Shown piece by piece: positions 25,731 through 39,272 of a stretch of DNA of 64,000 nucleotides. This DNA is from Octopus bimaculoides (lineage: Eukaryota), in NCBI RefSeq assembly GCF_001194135.2, contig NC_068988.1:64567172-64631171 (forward strand), written 5' to 3'. The position numbers and the translations under genes are program-made. Numbering within the stretch: position 1 is the stretch's first letter; each line of letters opens with the position of its first letter. Under the pieces are notes generated by a model. The model searched no databases. It saw only the letters and a program-made list of their open reading frames with translations, and had not been told where the DNA came from.

Positions 25731-26151
25731 ATCTTGAGGCCTTGCAGATTTTTATAGTTCCAGATATCATGATCATTTGTAGTGTATAAGTTAAGGATGT
25801 CTGTTTTCTCCCAAAAAACTTGCGTTCAGTCATACTTTGCTCTAGGTTGGTATGTATTTTGTTGCTCCAATAATGATAGGTATGAAGGTGAAAGAGTATC
25901 TTGGGCACTGGATTTACAAGCACCATATCAATGGTCCATTGTTGTTCTCATTCTCTTGTATTTTTCTTACCACATCGATGTCCATATGTATAGATATGTG
26001 TATAGTGTGCTGCCATACAGTTTTTGTCTATCAAACTCATTCACAAAGCATCGCTCAATATGTGGCTATAGTAGAATACACTTGCCCAAGGTGCCTTTCA
26101 GTAGATCAGAATCAGTTATAGTGTTTAACTCTTTGATACCAACCCACTTCT

Positions 26152-26600
26152 TATTTCTTTACTGCCCACACGGGGCTACACAGAGAGGGGACAAACAAGG
26201 ACAGACAAACGGATTAAGTTGATTATATCAACCCCAGTGCGTAACTGGTACTTATTTAATCGACCCCGAAAGGACGAAAGGCAAAGTCGACCTCGACAGA
26301 ATTTGAACTTAGAACGTAATGGCAGACGAAATACCGCTAAGCATTTCGCCCAGCATACTAACGTTCCTAATTTCTTTATTGCCCACAAGGAGCTAAAAAC
26401 AGAGGGGACTAACAAGAACAGACAAAGGGATTAAGTCGATTATATCGACCCCAGTGCATAACTGGTACTTAATTTATCGACCCCGAAAGAATGAAAGGCA
26501 AAGTCGACCTCGGTGGAATTTGAACTCAGAACATAACGGCAGACGAAATACCACTAAGCATTTCACCTGGCACGCTAACGTTTCTGTCAGCTCGCTGCCT
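26152..26600 (-). mobile_element. Tandem dimer of a CpG-rich (apparently young) SINE B subfamily
   Basis: Two head-to-tail units (~26152-26366 and ~26367-26600) share the tail CTTTATTGCCCACAAGG...GAGGGGAC. Confidence 0.88.
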
Positions 26601-26714
26601 TTCCCACTTCTGGCAACCCCTTCTTGTATGATGCAAAACTTTCTGTTTTAAAGGAATCCAAATTAGACCCATCCATCAGAAGATTTAATTAATCTATGTT
26701 CCAGACACCAATTT

Positions 26715-27038
26715 AACAATTTAGCATTTCAGCCAGATATAGAAAGCCAAAATATTTTATTTGTTTCATGTTCAAACTGACCACATCTGGCCTCTCACAC
26801 CTACCCTACAATGTCATTGCAAAAATACACAATCACATCATTGAAATATTGAAGCTACAAGATAATGCATTATTAATTCAAAATAATGTGGATAAATAAG
26901 CTTAACATTTAGCAAAATAATTGGAATGCTAAAGGGTTAATAATGATAAAGTATTTTCACTAAATTCTTCATTAATTTCAAAAATTAATTCAAATACAGG
27001 CGGTGTATTTCAACAGAAATATGGTAATTAAAGGGTTA
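26715..27038. mobile_element. piggyBac-like MITE fragments ending AAAGGGTTAA
   Basis: AAAGGGTTAA termini at ~26940 and ~27038. Confidence 0.6.
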
Positions 27039-27364
27039 AGAATAGTTCGGGAGGTTCCCTCTATGGGGAGGGGAATTCTGGTTGGCTAATTTTTTTTGTT
27101 TATTTAGTTGTTCTTTTTACTTTATTTTTTTTTATCTGATTTTATATGAAGTGTTTAAGTATACAATTTGGCTATGATTATGTGTAGGTGTATGTGTGAG
27201 TGCATCTATGTCTACATGTGTATGCTTGATGGGAAGGAGAAGTCAAGTTAATTGAATCCAAATTTGAAATATATTTCATTCTTATCAGTATCAGCTTGTT
27301 TAAGAGAAGAGGTGAAATCTAAGAATTTATATGGCACAGAGATTAGACAAAACCAGAAGGGGTT

Positions 27365-27399
<35 letters not shown>

Positions 27400-27715
27400 A
27401 GTGAGGGAAATGATAATTTGGGAAAATGGAATTTAGAGAATAATAGAAAATAAAATTGATGTATAGTTATCTTTGGTAACAGCTATAAAGTCTAAACCCA
27501 GATTTCAATTTTCCTCTGTATATGTGTGTGTGTATTCACATGTATATACATGTGTGTGTGTGTGTATGTGTGTGTGTGTGTATGCACACGTGTGTGTGTG
27601 TGTACACGTGTGTGTGTGTCTACTTATGCCATCTACGGAGTACTTTTGCCACTCATTTGTAAATTCAAATACATGTGTATGTTTAGATATACAAAGACAC
27701 AAAATATATATAAAG

Positions 27716-27754
<39 letters not shown>

Positions 27755-28158
27755 AGGACATGAAGATGTACATATAAAGATGTGTGTATATATAAAGATG
27801 TGTGTATATATAAAGATGTGTGTATATATAAAGATGTGAAGAGGTATGTGTATATATATAGGTGTGTTTGTGCACATATACGGATATAGATGTGTGTGTA
27901 TAAATATATATAGATGTGTATGCATCTACATATATGTATATATAGATAGATAGATATATGTGTATGTGTGTATTTATATATATAGATAGATGTGTGTGTA
28001 TGTGTATTTATATATATATAGATAGATGTGTGTGAATGTGTATTTATATAGATAGATCTGTGTGTACATGTGTGTGTGTGTGTATATATATATACATAGA
28101 TAGATAGATAGATTGATGGATATAGATGTGTATATATGTATATATATATGCATATAGA

Positions 28159-28275
<117 letters not shown>

Positions 28276-28303
28276 GTGTGCACACATGTATATACAGATA
28301 TGA

Positions 28304-28346
<43 letters not shown>

Positions 28347-28873
28347 TATTGTGTGTACACCCACAGATGTGTTTGTATGTGTGTGTCTGCGTATATATCT
28401 ATATATGGTCTGTGTATATATCTATAAATGGTATGTACATACACACTGCATTCATCTATCCCCAAAATAAGTCCATGTGGTGTAAAGATAATTTGGTTTG
28501 TGGAAATTGGAAGGAATTTTCCCTTGCATAGAGAAGAGAGCGTTTCTGCTGAGTTACTTCCGCTAATGTTCCTCTATTGACATTATCCATTATCTGTTAG
28601 GATCAGATGTCTGATCGGTGCCCAAACCACCCTCCAGCTCCCACCCTGCCATCAATGCATATCCACAGCATCTCAGACTCTATGTCTTCATATGTAATCA
28701 ATAGTTTTTAAAACAAATCGTTTAATGATTATATATAATTATCTATATAAAGCTGTTTGGGGACCGATAACACTTCAGTGGAAATTAAACAACAAGCATT
28801 GTGTATTTATTTGTGTTTATGTCCGCGTGCATATGTGTGTGTATGTATGTGTGTGTACATGTATGAATGTGTG

Positions 28874-28909
<36 letters not shown>

Positions 28910-29005
28910 GCATGTATGTGTATACATGTATGTGTGTATATGTAGAATTGCATATATATATATATATATTTGTTTATATAGACATATATGTGCATATATG
29001 TATAC

Positions 29006-29086
<81 letters not shown>

Positions 29087-31654
29087 TATATACAGACATA
29101 TATATAAATCTTTTTTTTTCAGAATGAGATTAAAAAAAACCAAGGCTGCGAAGATTTTAGAACATTTATAAATAGGTCTTAGAGCTGAAGGTCTTATTCG
29201 CATAATCACCGAACCTGGAACTTAGCTATGGTCTATCCATAGCACTTACTCAGCATTGCCTGACACTTTTGGGTCTTATTGACACCATTACCTCTCATAA
29301 CCTCTATATATAAATATATATATATAGATATACATATACAGCCACGCAAATATACACACACACACACACACACACATATGTATATATACAAATGAATATA
29401 TACATACGTATATGTATGTATACATGTATGTATCGACAGTAGTTCATATATCCAAATAAAGGAGCCAGACACTAAAACATTAGGGCAGCAGTATATTTTT
29501 AGGAAGTTGATTGTTATGGCTGGTTGGAGGGAGACCATTGGTTTCACACATATAAAACACTTAGATTTATAAATGACTCATCGGACTCATGTGTGCACGC
29601 ACGCATGTATATGTGTCTATATTTGTGTGTATATATATATATGAGTCTTTATATATGTGTATATATCATCATCATCGTTAAATTCCCTCATTCCATGCAG
29701 GTGTGTGTTTGGTGTTTTAACAGAATCCAGTCAGTTCAATGATGTGTGTGTGTATGTGCATGCATATACACTCACACACACACCTTCATGTTTCAAGTTC
29801 TATTTCCCTATTTGCATACCCAAACCTATATACATATATATGATCATTATCATCATCATCATCATCATTTAACATTCATTGCCCATGCTGGCATGGATTG
29901 GACGATTTGACCAGAGCTGGTAAGCCAGAGCTGCACCAAGCTCCAGTCAGATTTGGCATATATATATACATTAAACTAATGCATCTGTTTGTTGTTTATA
30001 CACCTGCCTTTGTCTTTTGTTTTTCTGTAAATTTCAACTATATATATAATAATAATATAAATGATATATATATATATACATATATATATATGCATATATA
30101 CATACATATATGTACATACTTACATCTATACGTGTATATATTTATATATATATATATATATGCATATGTGGGCACAGGATGTCATGAAATGTGTACAACA
30201 AAAATGTACGAAGCATGAGTACATGGAACATGAACTGTTCTTTCGAACAACAAAAGACACAAATGGAAAACAAAATAAATAACATAAGCACGACCCTTCA
30301 TCAGTTGTTGGCTGTTTTTCTAGTCTCGTATTTTAAGTGTTTAACAACAATATATGTTTTCGATAAAGCAGTTGCTCCTGCAAGGCAAATTAAATAAAAT
30401 TTGGGATTTTGCAAAGGGTCAAAATAGGTAACACAAACAGGACAGTGAAAACAAACAGGAAGGGCTGCTAAGACTAAATGAGGTTGTGGTGGTGAATGTG
30501 TAAATCAAGCCAAGACAGGAGACAAACAAAAACACGTCTTCCTTGTTCCAGCTACAACAGAAACAGAGAGAAAGAAAGAAAGATGGCCGATGGTTACGTG
30601 GGAGCCACATGAGCAAGGGAGGAGGAGTAAGATAGAGAGAGTGACAGAGTAATAGGATAGAATAATGGGAGAAGAGGAGGTAAAAGAATAAGAGAGAGAA
30701 AAAGAGAGAAAAACGAAAGAGTAAAAGGATGAGATAGTGTGCATCAGAATTATTAAGATAAAACTTACTTGGAAGAGGATGCGTAACATATGTGTATGTT
30801 TGTCTATATGTATAAAATTATATGCCTATATTAATATACATGGTCACATATGATGTTTGATATATATATTATTACATATACACATCCATATACACCTAAT
30901 AATATCTATATTGGTTTATATTTTTTTTAAATTGTCAAGTGTGAGTGTACTTGAGGTATTTGCATATGGACACACTGGGATTAGAACCTGAGGATGAACA
31001 AAACCAGGATAACATTGAAGTAAGCATATTCCTGTCTACGTTTAGCATTAAATTGCACAGATTACATAAATATCTGCTTAGAGGTACAGACAGTTATTTT
31101 TTGTCTCTACCTCTACATAATCTTTTTTTAACAGTTTACTAATTAACTGATAAAATTTATTTTTATTATATGGGTTGGCATGAATTCATGCAAAAGTTTT
31201 GAATGTTAATTAAAATTGACAATGGATTAATTGGAGTGGAATAGAGATTAGTTTTTGGTGGTGAAGTCCAGATGGCAACATTTTGAACAGAATTAAATCC
31301 ACTGTACTGATTCTTAGAAAGCCACTCACAAAAATTTTTTGCAATGAAGTGTGCCTTTCCTTCGGTTTTGGTTTGTCTGTAGTTTTGCATTTATCATTGA
31401 TGGATATACAGATGGATGGTAATGTGACTCTCGGCAGCCATCTGAATATACATCATTGGAAATTTGGAAACTGATATTATATTAATGGATGTTGAGATGT
31501 TGTTTAAATAAATTTGTTGTGGATATCTTTCTCAACACTGAATGATTTAAGTAGTGATGGGAAAAAAAATTTGTGTTTACTTAATACAAAAGAATGCTGC
31601 AATAAACCAGGATTGTTAAACCCTTTTTATTCAATGTTTAAATCCCTGCTACCA

Positions 31655-31690
<36 letters not shown>

Positions 31691-32453
31691 CCTCTCTCTC
31701 TCTCCCCCTCTCTCTCTCTCTCTCTCTAAGAAGAAGAACAAGAAGAAATATATTCTGGTCACCCCAAGAGGGTTATAGGCTGTGCTAGTATTTTAAAATA
31801 CTCAAACCATCTCGTATCATGGCTATATACACACAAATATATACATATATACATACATACACACATATATACATACACATATATATATACAAATATACAT
31901 GTATGTACATATGTATGTATGGAAGGGCATCCTGTAGTAGAAACCATGCCAAACCAGACTGGAGTCTGGTGCAGCTCCTCAGCTTACTAGCTCAAGCCAC
32001 AATGTCCAACTCATGCCAAGATGGACAACGAATGTTAAATGATGATGTGGATGGGTGTGTGGATGGGTGTGCGTGTTTTCTTTTTTTCTTTTTTTAAATT
32101 AGTGTTAATTTCGACCAGCCACCTGCTTCGTAGCAAGGTTGTGAAGGAAAGCATCTTACTTCATTCATTATCCTTCAAATCTTAAGAAGGTCTTGCAGAT
32201 TTCTATTGTCTTAGATATAGTGATCATTTGTAGTTGTACTCTCTCTCTCTCTCTCCACTAACCAAAGTTCAGACATACTTCTCCACCCCCACCTCTCTCT
32301 CTCTTCCTCTTTCTCTCTCTCTATTCCTAAGCCAAAGAGAAAGAAAGATTAGTGACTGAAGGAGGAAAAAAGAAGCAGATTTTGATGTCAATCAACTGCA
32401 CTGCCAAGATTATCACCATTGCACTCCTCCCTCTCTTGCTCTCTCACTCTCTT

Positions 32454-32484
<31 letters not shown>

Positions 32485-32664
32485 TTATTCTAAGAAGAGA
32501 GAAAGAGAGAACTTAGCACAACTACATCTTTTCAACATTTTTTTTTTCTTTTTACATTTCCACTCTAGAAGGACAGCTGCAGTTTGAGGGAGATTTGGCT
32601 GCTACTTTTCAAAATAGATATTGTACAAAACCTCCCCATAAGGTCTGTCAAACAACAATAATAA

Positions 32665-33055
32665 TAATTATACTTTCTAATCTAGGCACGGGGCTAGCAA
32701 TTTTGTGAGAGAGGGGTGAAGTTGATTACATCAACCTCAGTAAATGACTGGTACTTCAAGTGACCCTTAACGAAAGCAAACCTGACCTCAGTACCATTTG
32801 AACTTGCAATGTAAAAAGTCAAGAGAAATGTCCCTTAGAATTCCCTAATGATTCCCTAAGGATCTTATCTGGCACAGTTATGATTCTGTCAGCTTGCCAC
32901 CCCAATTACTTCATATTTTGATACAAGGCCATCAATTAAGGGGTGAACACAAAATTACGGCAACACAGCAACCCCCAGGAATTGACTCCTAGTTTATTTT
33001 ATTGACCCTTGGAATGATACAAGGTAAAGCTGACCTCAGTGAGATTTGAACTCTG
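32665..33055 (-). mobile_element. Two degenerate SINE B copies
   Basis: GATTACATCAACCTCAG...TGGTACTT and ATTGACCCTTGGAATGATACAAGGTAAAGCTGACCTC. Confidence 0.65.
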
Positions 33056-33081
33056 AGTGTGGAGACCCATTACAAATGCTT

Positions 33082-33782
33082 TTAACCTTTTTGCTACCAT
33101 ATTCTTGTCCACATGTGGAGGCGCAATGGCCCAGTGGTTAGGGCAGCGGACTCGCGGTCGTGGGATCGTGGTTTCAATTCCCAGACCGGGCGTTGTGAGT
33201 GTTTATTGAGCGAAAACATCTAAAGCTCCACGAGGCTCCGGCAGGGGATGGTGGCGAACCCTGCTGNNNNNNNNNNGAGCGAAAACATCTAAAGCTCCAC
33301 GAGGCTCCGGCAGGGGATGGTGGCGAACCCTGCTGTACTCTTTCACCACAACTTTCTCTCCCTCCTTCTTTCTGTTTCTGTTGTACCTGTATTTCAAAGG
33401 GCCAGCCTTGTCACACACTGTGTCACGCTGAACCTCCGCCAAAAACTACATTAAGGTTATACGTGTCTGTGGAGTGCTCAGCCACTTGCACGTTAATTTC
33501 ACGAGCAGGCTGTTCTGTTGATTGGATCAACTGGAACCCTGGAACCCTCGTCGTCGTAAGCAATGGAGTGCCAACACTTGTCCACATATGCTGCTTTTGT
33601 TTCAATTAATTTTTAAGATAATGAGGAATTTAGTAAAATAACTTTCTCGTTATTAAGCTGGGGTCTGGAACAAATTAGCATAAAATCTTCATGGAAGAGT
33701 ATAATTTAGGCCACTTTAAAACAGTAAGTTTATGTCATAGAACCCAGGGTGGTCTCAGGCAGGTTGGTATCGAAAGGGTTAA
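33082..33782 (+). mobile_element. piggyBac-like MITE interrupted by SINE C
   Basis: Left end TTAACCTTTTTGCTACCATATT and right end GGTATCGAAAGGGTTAA. Confidence 0.75.
33115..33576 (+). mobile_element. SINE family C with an 11-bp TSD
   Basis: TSD CTTGTCCACAT at 33104-33114 and 33577-33587. Contains an internal gap-flank duplication. Confidence 0.92.
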
Positions 33783-34389
33783 CCCTTCTGATACCAATAC
33801 TCCAGCCTGACAACTCTAACAACTTGGTCAGTTCACCACTTCAGAAATTTGTTTTAATTATGCTGAGTAAAAATTTATGTCCAACGTTCAACTTGACCAT
33901 CTGTAAGTGGAAAGTCTGCAGAAAAATAAATGATGGCGCGTGGAGAGGAAGGTGGCGTGAATGGTGAGAAGAAACAGGGGGAGGGAGTAGATGGGGAGGG
34001 GGAGGATGTAGGAGTAGAGGGACGGTGGAATAGATGGCAGGGAGGCAATGGGTGGAATTTGAGTAAAATAAAATAAGTCAATAAAATTGACTTGCCAATA
34101 ACTGAATGCTGTTTTATGTCCTTCGTCACACTTTCACATCTGCGTACACATCTATAGACACACACACATGCACATACACACAGTTTAGCAATAAATTACA
34201 TCACCATCATTATCACTACTAATACCATCACCACCATCACCACCGCCACCACCCTACCGACAACAACAGCTCTGTCAAGACCAACACTATTGTCACTAGT
34301 AAACTATCACCACCAGCACTGCTACCTCTACTAACACAAATATTAACATTGCTACTTCAAAATTACCAACATCACCACTACCACTATCA

Positions 34390-35110
34390 CTACCACCGCC
34401 AATACTATCCCTACTACTGCCAATACTGTCCCTACTGCCTCCAATACTATCCCTACTGCCTCCAGTACTGTCCCTACTACCACCAATACTATCCCTACTA
34501 CTGGAAATACTATCCCTACTACTGCCAATACTATGCCTACTACCACCAATACTATCCCTACTACCACCAGCACTGTCCCTATNNNNNNNNNNNNNNNNNN
34601 NNNNNNNNNNNNNNNNNNACCAATACTATCCCTACTACTGGAAATACTATCCCTACTACTGCCAATACTATGCCTACTACCACCAATACTATCCCTACTA
34701 CCACCAGCACTGTCCCTATTACCGCCAATACTATCCCTACTGCCTCCAATACTATCCCTGCTGCCTCCAATACTATCCCTACTACCTCCAATACAATCCC
34801 TACTACTGCAAATACTACCCCTACTACTGCCAATACTATCTCTACTATCACCAATACTATCCCTTCTACAGCCAGTACTATAACTACTGTCACCAATACA
34901 ATCACTACTATTGCCAATACTATCCCTACTACCACCAATACTATCCCTACTACCACCAATACAATCCCTTCTACTGCCAGCACTGTCCCTACTACTGCTA
35001 CACTATCTCTACTACCGCCAGTACTATCCCTTGTACTGCCAGTACTATCCCTACTATTGCCAATACTATCCCTACTACCGCCAATACTATCCCTACTACT
35101 GCCAATATTA
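34390..35110. repeat. 21-bp minisatellite (GCCAATACTATCCCTACTACT-type), about 30 units
   Basis: The period is visible directly. It produces Thr-rich and Val/Gly-rich pseudo-ORFs. Confidence 0.92.
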
Positions 35111-35440
35111 CCACCACCACTGCTACTAAAAATAACAATGCCACTACCGACTCAAATACTAAAGCTACCATAACTAACACCACCACCACCACCACCACTA
35201 CTACTACTTCTACCAACTACAACAATATTGTCACTATTAAGACATAATATGGCTGCTACTGATGCCAAAACTAAGATTGTCATTACTTTGGACACACCAC
35301 CACCACCACCACCACCACTACTACTGCCAGCACCACCATCACCACCTCTGCCGCCAAAACAACTATCAATTATTTAATTGCTTTCTGAAAGAGATAACTT
35401 TAAATTGAAGTTTTGCTTGAAAGAATCTTTTAAAACAATT

Positions 35441-35471
<31 letters not shown>

Positions 35472-35804
35472 ACATACAACATACACACACAGAATTTACA
35501 AACAAATACAATGAACACGTACAACATACACACACACACACACACATATACACATATAGGAAAAAGGATATAAATGTGATGATGATAATACACACAGAAA
35601 CACACACAGTGTGTGGAGAAGAGCAAAGAGATAAATATACATACATACATACTTACATACATAGAAATATATACACACAAATATATGAAAAAAAAAAACA
35701 TTTTACTGAAGAACTCACTTGACAATTGAACAATTGAACCTACAGCAAGTTCAGCTTGCAATGATTAACATGACCTGACACAGACCTAAAATATATATAT
35801 CATT

Positions 35805-36370
35805 ATCATCATTTAACGTCCGTTTTCCATGCTGGCATGGGTTGGACAGTTTGACAGGAGGTGGCAATGCCAAGGACTACACCAATTTCTATTCTCAGCT
35901 TTGGCATGGTTTCTACAATCTGATGCCAACGACTTTACTTTTTATGTAGTACAGGCCCCATCATGGCCATGAAGAATTTTGTATGACAAAAACCACCATC
36001 CCTGAATTGAGAGGGGGGTGGTATTGAAGGAAGTAATGGCTTTGTGGCAGGTGATGAGAGCTTAAACTATGATAGAGGGACATAAATGAGCCCCTTGCTA
36101 TAGAGGAAGTTAATGGCTACCCCAGTTGAGGGGAGAGAGAGAGAATGGTGAAGATGTGTTAGGACATACCCTTAGAATACAAGAAGGTGAAATATATATA
36201 TATATATATAGCAAGGGTTGAATGATTTGACCAGAGCTGGAAAGCTAGGGAGCTGCACCAGACTCCAATCTGATTTGGTATGGCTTCTATGGCTGGATGC
36301 TCTTCCTAACACCAACACTATACAGATTCGTACTGGGTGATTTTATGTGGTACCACATGGGTACTTTTAC
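35805..36370 (-). mobile_element. Two family D RTE 3' fragments
   Basis: ATCATTTAACGTCCGTTTTCCATGCTGGCATGGG at ~35810; CTGGATGCTCTTCCTAACACCAAC at ~36292. Confidence 0.7.
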
Positions 36371-36398
36371 GTGTATATATATATATATATATATATAT

Positions 36399-36616
36399 AT
36401 GAAGGGATGCAGAAAAGCTCCTGGATTTGGGTAAAAAAAGATAAAGGCAGATCAGTTAATTATAATTTTACGCAACATATCCCCCTCTGAGATTCCCACT
36501 CTTTTTGCAGTGGTCTTTCAGTTTTACTAAGCCCTGTGAAATAACTTGTAAAGTTGGGCTTCCAACCAGGCCTTTCGCAATACCCTTAAAGCCAGGAATT
36601 TTCAGCACCCCCCATG
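36399..36616. mobile_element. Tc1/mariner-like MITE inserted in a TA tract
   Basis: Imperfect terminal inverted repeats (TIRs) TATGAAGGGATGCAGAAAAGCTCCTGGATTT and AAAGCCAGGAATTTTCAGCACCCCCCA, with TA flanks. Confidence 0.7.
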
Positions 36617-36619
36617 TGC

Positions 36620-36650
<31 letters not shown>

Positions 36651-37471
36651 GAAACAAAAAAAGATTAATTTCAACTCAATTTAAAGATATAAAAAAACAA
36701 GGCAAAAGAGAAAAAAAGAAACTAATATCTTGAATTAATAAGTACTGATGAGGCTTNNNNNNNNNNNNNNNNNNNNNNNNNNNNNNNNNNNNNNNNNNNN
36801 NNNNNNNNNNNNNNNNNNNNNNNNNNNNNNNNNNNNNNNNNNNNNNNNNNNNNNNNNNNNNNNNNNNNNNNNNNNNNNNNNNNNNNNNNNNNNNNNNNNN
36901 NNNNNNNNNNNNNNNNNNNNNNNNNNNNNNNNNNNNNNNNNNNNNNNNNNNNNNNNNNNNNNNNNNNNNNNNNNNNNNNNNNNNNNNNNNNNNNNNNNNN
37001 NNNNNNNNNNNNNNNNNNNNNNNNNNNNNNNNNNNNNNNNNNNNNNNNNNNNNNNNNNNNNNNNNNNNNNNNNNNNNNNNNNNNNNNNNNNNNNNNNNNN
37101 NNNNNNNNNNNNNNNNNNNNNNNNNNNNNNNNNNNNNNNNNNNNNNNNNNNNNNNNNNNNNNNNNNNNNNNNNNNNNNNNNNNNNNNNNNNNNNNNNNNN
37201 NNNNNNNNNNNNNNNNNNNNNNNNNNNNNNNNNNNNNNNNNNNNNNNNNNNNNNNNNNNNNNNNNNNNNNNNNNNNNNNNNNNNNNNNNNNNNNNNNNNN
37301 NNNNNNNNNNNNNNNNNNNNNNNNNNNNNNNNNNNNNNNNNNNNNNNNNNNNNNNNNNNNNNNNNNNNNNNNNNNNNNNNNNNNNNNNNNNNNNNNNNNN
37401 NNNNNNNNNNNNNNNNNNNNNNNNNNNNNNNNNNNNNNNNNNNNNNNNNNNNNNNNNNNNNNNNNNNNNNN

Positions 37472-37524
<53 letters not shown>

Positions 37525-37830
37525 CATACATACATATATGTGATATGTGTGTGTGAGTATACACAGGGGCATATAGGGTGATTGATATATACACGTACTC
37601 ACAGTTACCTATGTGTGTATGCCAAGGAGTAAAGTTGCCTTTCTCCCATTATATACACCTGTGTCTGTCTATATATGTGATGTCTTCATTTGTGATGATG
37701 ATAGTAGGGACAGTGCTGGCAGTAGAAGGGATTGTATTGGTGGTAGTAGGGATAGTATTGGCGGTAGTAGGGATAGTATTGGCAATGTGATGCATGGGTA
37801 TGTGTGTAAAGTACAACTCTGTGTGTGTGA

Positions 37831-37868
<38 letters not shown>

Positions 37869-38490
37869 TATATATACATATAAATGTGTGCTGAGAGAAC
37901 TAAGCTATCTATTTGTATGTTTTATACTTCTATGTATAACACAAATTATATAAATCATATATATATATATATATAAACACACACACATATACACATTCAT
38001 ATGCACATATACATACATTCACACACATACGTACACATTCACATACACACACATACATACATTTATGCACGTACATACATCCTTATATCCCTGAGAAGAA
38101 ATTCTTTTGCTACACCAGGATGTCACGTCTGTCATACATTTGTGTTGTCAACCATGAAATCATTACAAAAATAAAACAAAATATAAACAAATACACTTCT
38201 TTTTTTTTTATTTTTCTCTCCTTTTCCAATCTTATTTCCCAATTTTTTCTTCCTTCTGCTCAAAGAACCATTTTCTCTACACACCAAATTTAAATGTCCT
38301 TGTAGACTATTTGCTTCCTTGTATCTGTATGCATATGTATGTTCATTTATCTGTTTTATGTCTATTTTTTTCATGCTAGCATGGGTTTGATGAAGGCTTA
38401 TTTTTGTGGTGGTATTTTATATGGCCAGATGCCCTTTCATGGTAGAGTTGGAAATCACTTTCCTTTAAATTGCATTCTGAATGTGTATGC

Positions 38491-38531
<41 letters not shown>

Positions 38532-38934
38532 TTATATAATTTGTGTTATACATAGAAGTATAAAACATACAAATGATGATGTCACTATTTGTAACTGACC
38601 AGAAACCAATGATGTTTGTTGCTATTTCTTATCAATAAATCATAGCTCTGTGCTTTCAAATTCATCTGGAATAAAAAAGAAAATTTTCCTTTACTTGAAA
38701 AAGAATTAAGAATTGGTGACAGGATGAGCATCTGGCAATGAAAATCCTGCCTTGATTTTCTCCTATCTAAATATACTAGCATGGAAAAAACCCAGATGTT
38801 TGAAAAAAAGAATGAACAAAAGTATGTGCAACATGTTCTGTCCAGAAGATAAGCTGATATAGGTCTAGAAATGGTGTTGCAATCTAGTGACCAGTTCAAT
38901 ACCAGAAACTTCACCCTGGATTGGATTAACAGTT

Positions 38935-39272
38935 AGCCTGTCCTGGATCTCCAGTTATGACAATGAGTGTTCCAGCTAATTTGATCAACAGAACAGCCTA
39001 CCTGTGAAGTTAACGTGCAAGTGGCTGAGCACTCCACAGATATGTGTATTCTAAACATAGCCTTGGGGAGATTCAGTGTGACACAAAATGTGACAAGGCT
39101 GGCCTGTTGAATTACAGGTACAACCCATTTTTTGCCAGTTGAGTGGACTGGTGCAACGTGAAATAAAGTGTGTTCTTGAAGGACACAAAGCATCACCAAG
39201 AATCAAACTTATGACCTTATGATCCTAAGTGGTTAGAGCATTTGCTCTAACCATTAAGCCATGTGTCTTCAT
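38935..39272 (-). mobile_element. SINE with family E head and CORE-related middle joined to a family C tail
   Basis: Reverse strand: head, then CACTTTATTTCACGTTGCACCAGTCCACTCAACTG, then GCCAGCCTTGTCACA...GAGTGCTCAGCCACTTGCACGTTAA. Confidence 0.75.

Noticed and set aside
28601-28616. Small palindrome GATCAGA-TG-TCTGATC
   Set aside because: 7-bp arms are within chance expectation.
29111-29165. Possible exon after tttttttcAG ([17 protein letters not shown])
   Set aside because: The donor is weak (GTCTTA) and the peptide is not CELF-like.
30285-30310. CTGATGAAGGG on the minus strand (also CTGATGA at ~2791-2797 minus, and CTGATGAGGCTT at 36745 before a gap)
   Set aside because: No complementary stem II with GAAA follows. 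The 36745 case is cut off by Ns and cannot be evaluated.
30755-30790. Perfect donor AA|GTAAGT on the minus strand, and a + strand MDTLGLEPEDEQNQDNIE|GTAAGC segment near 30965-31020
   Set aside because: There is no convincing acceptor or recognisable protein similarity. Isolated donor matches are expected by chance in 64 kb.
34349-35173. Mucin-like Thr-rich ORF (NTIPTTT repeats)
   Set aside because: It is the translation of a 21-bp minisatellite that is open in several frames on both strands, with no splice signals or signal peptide.
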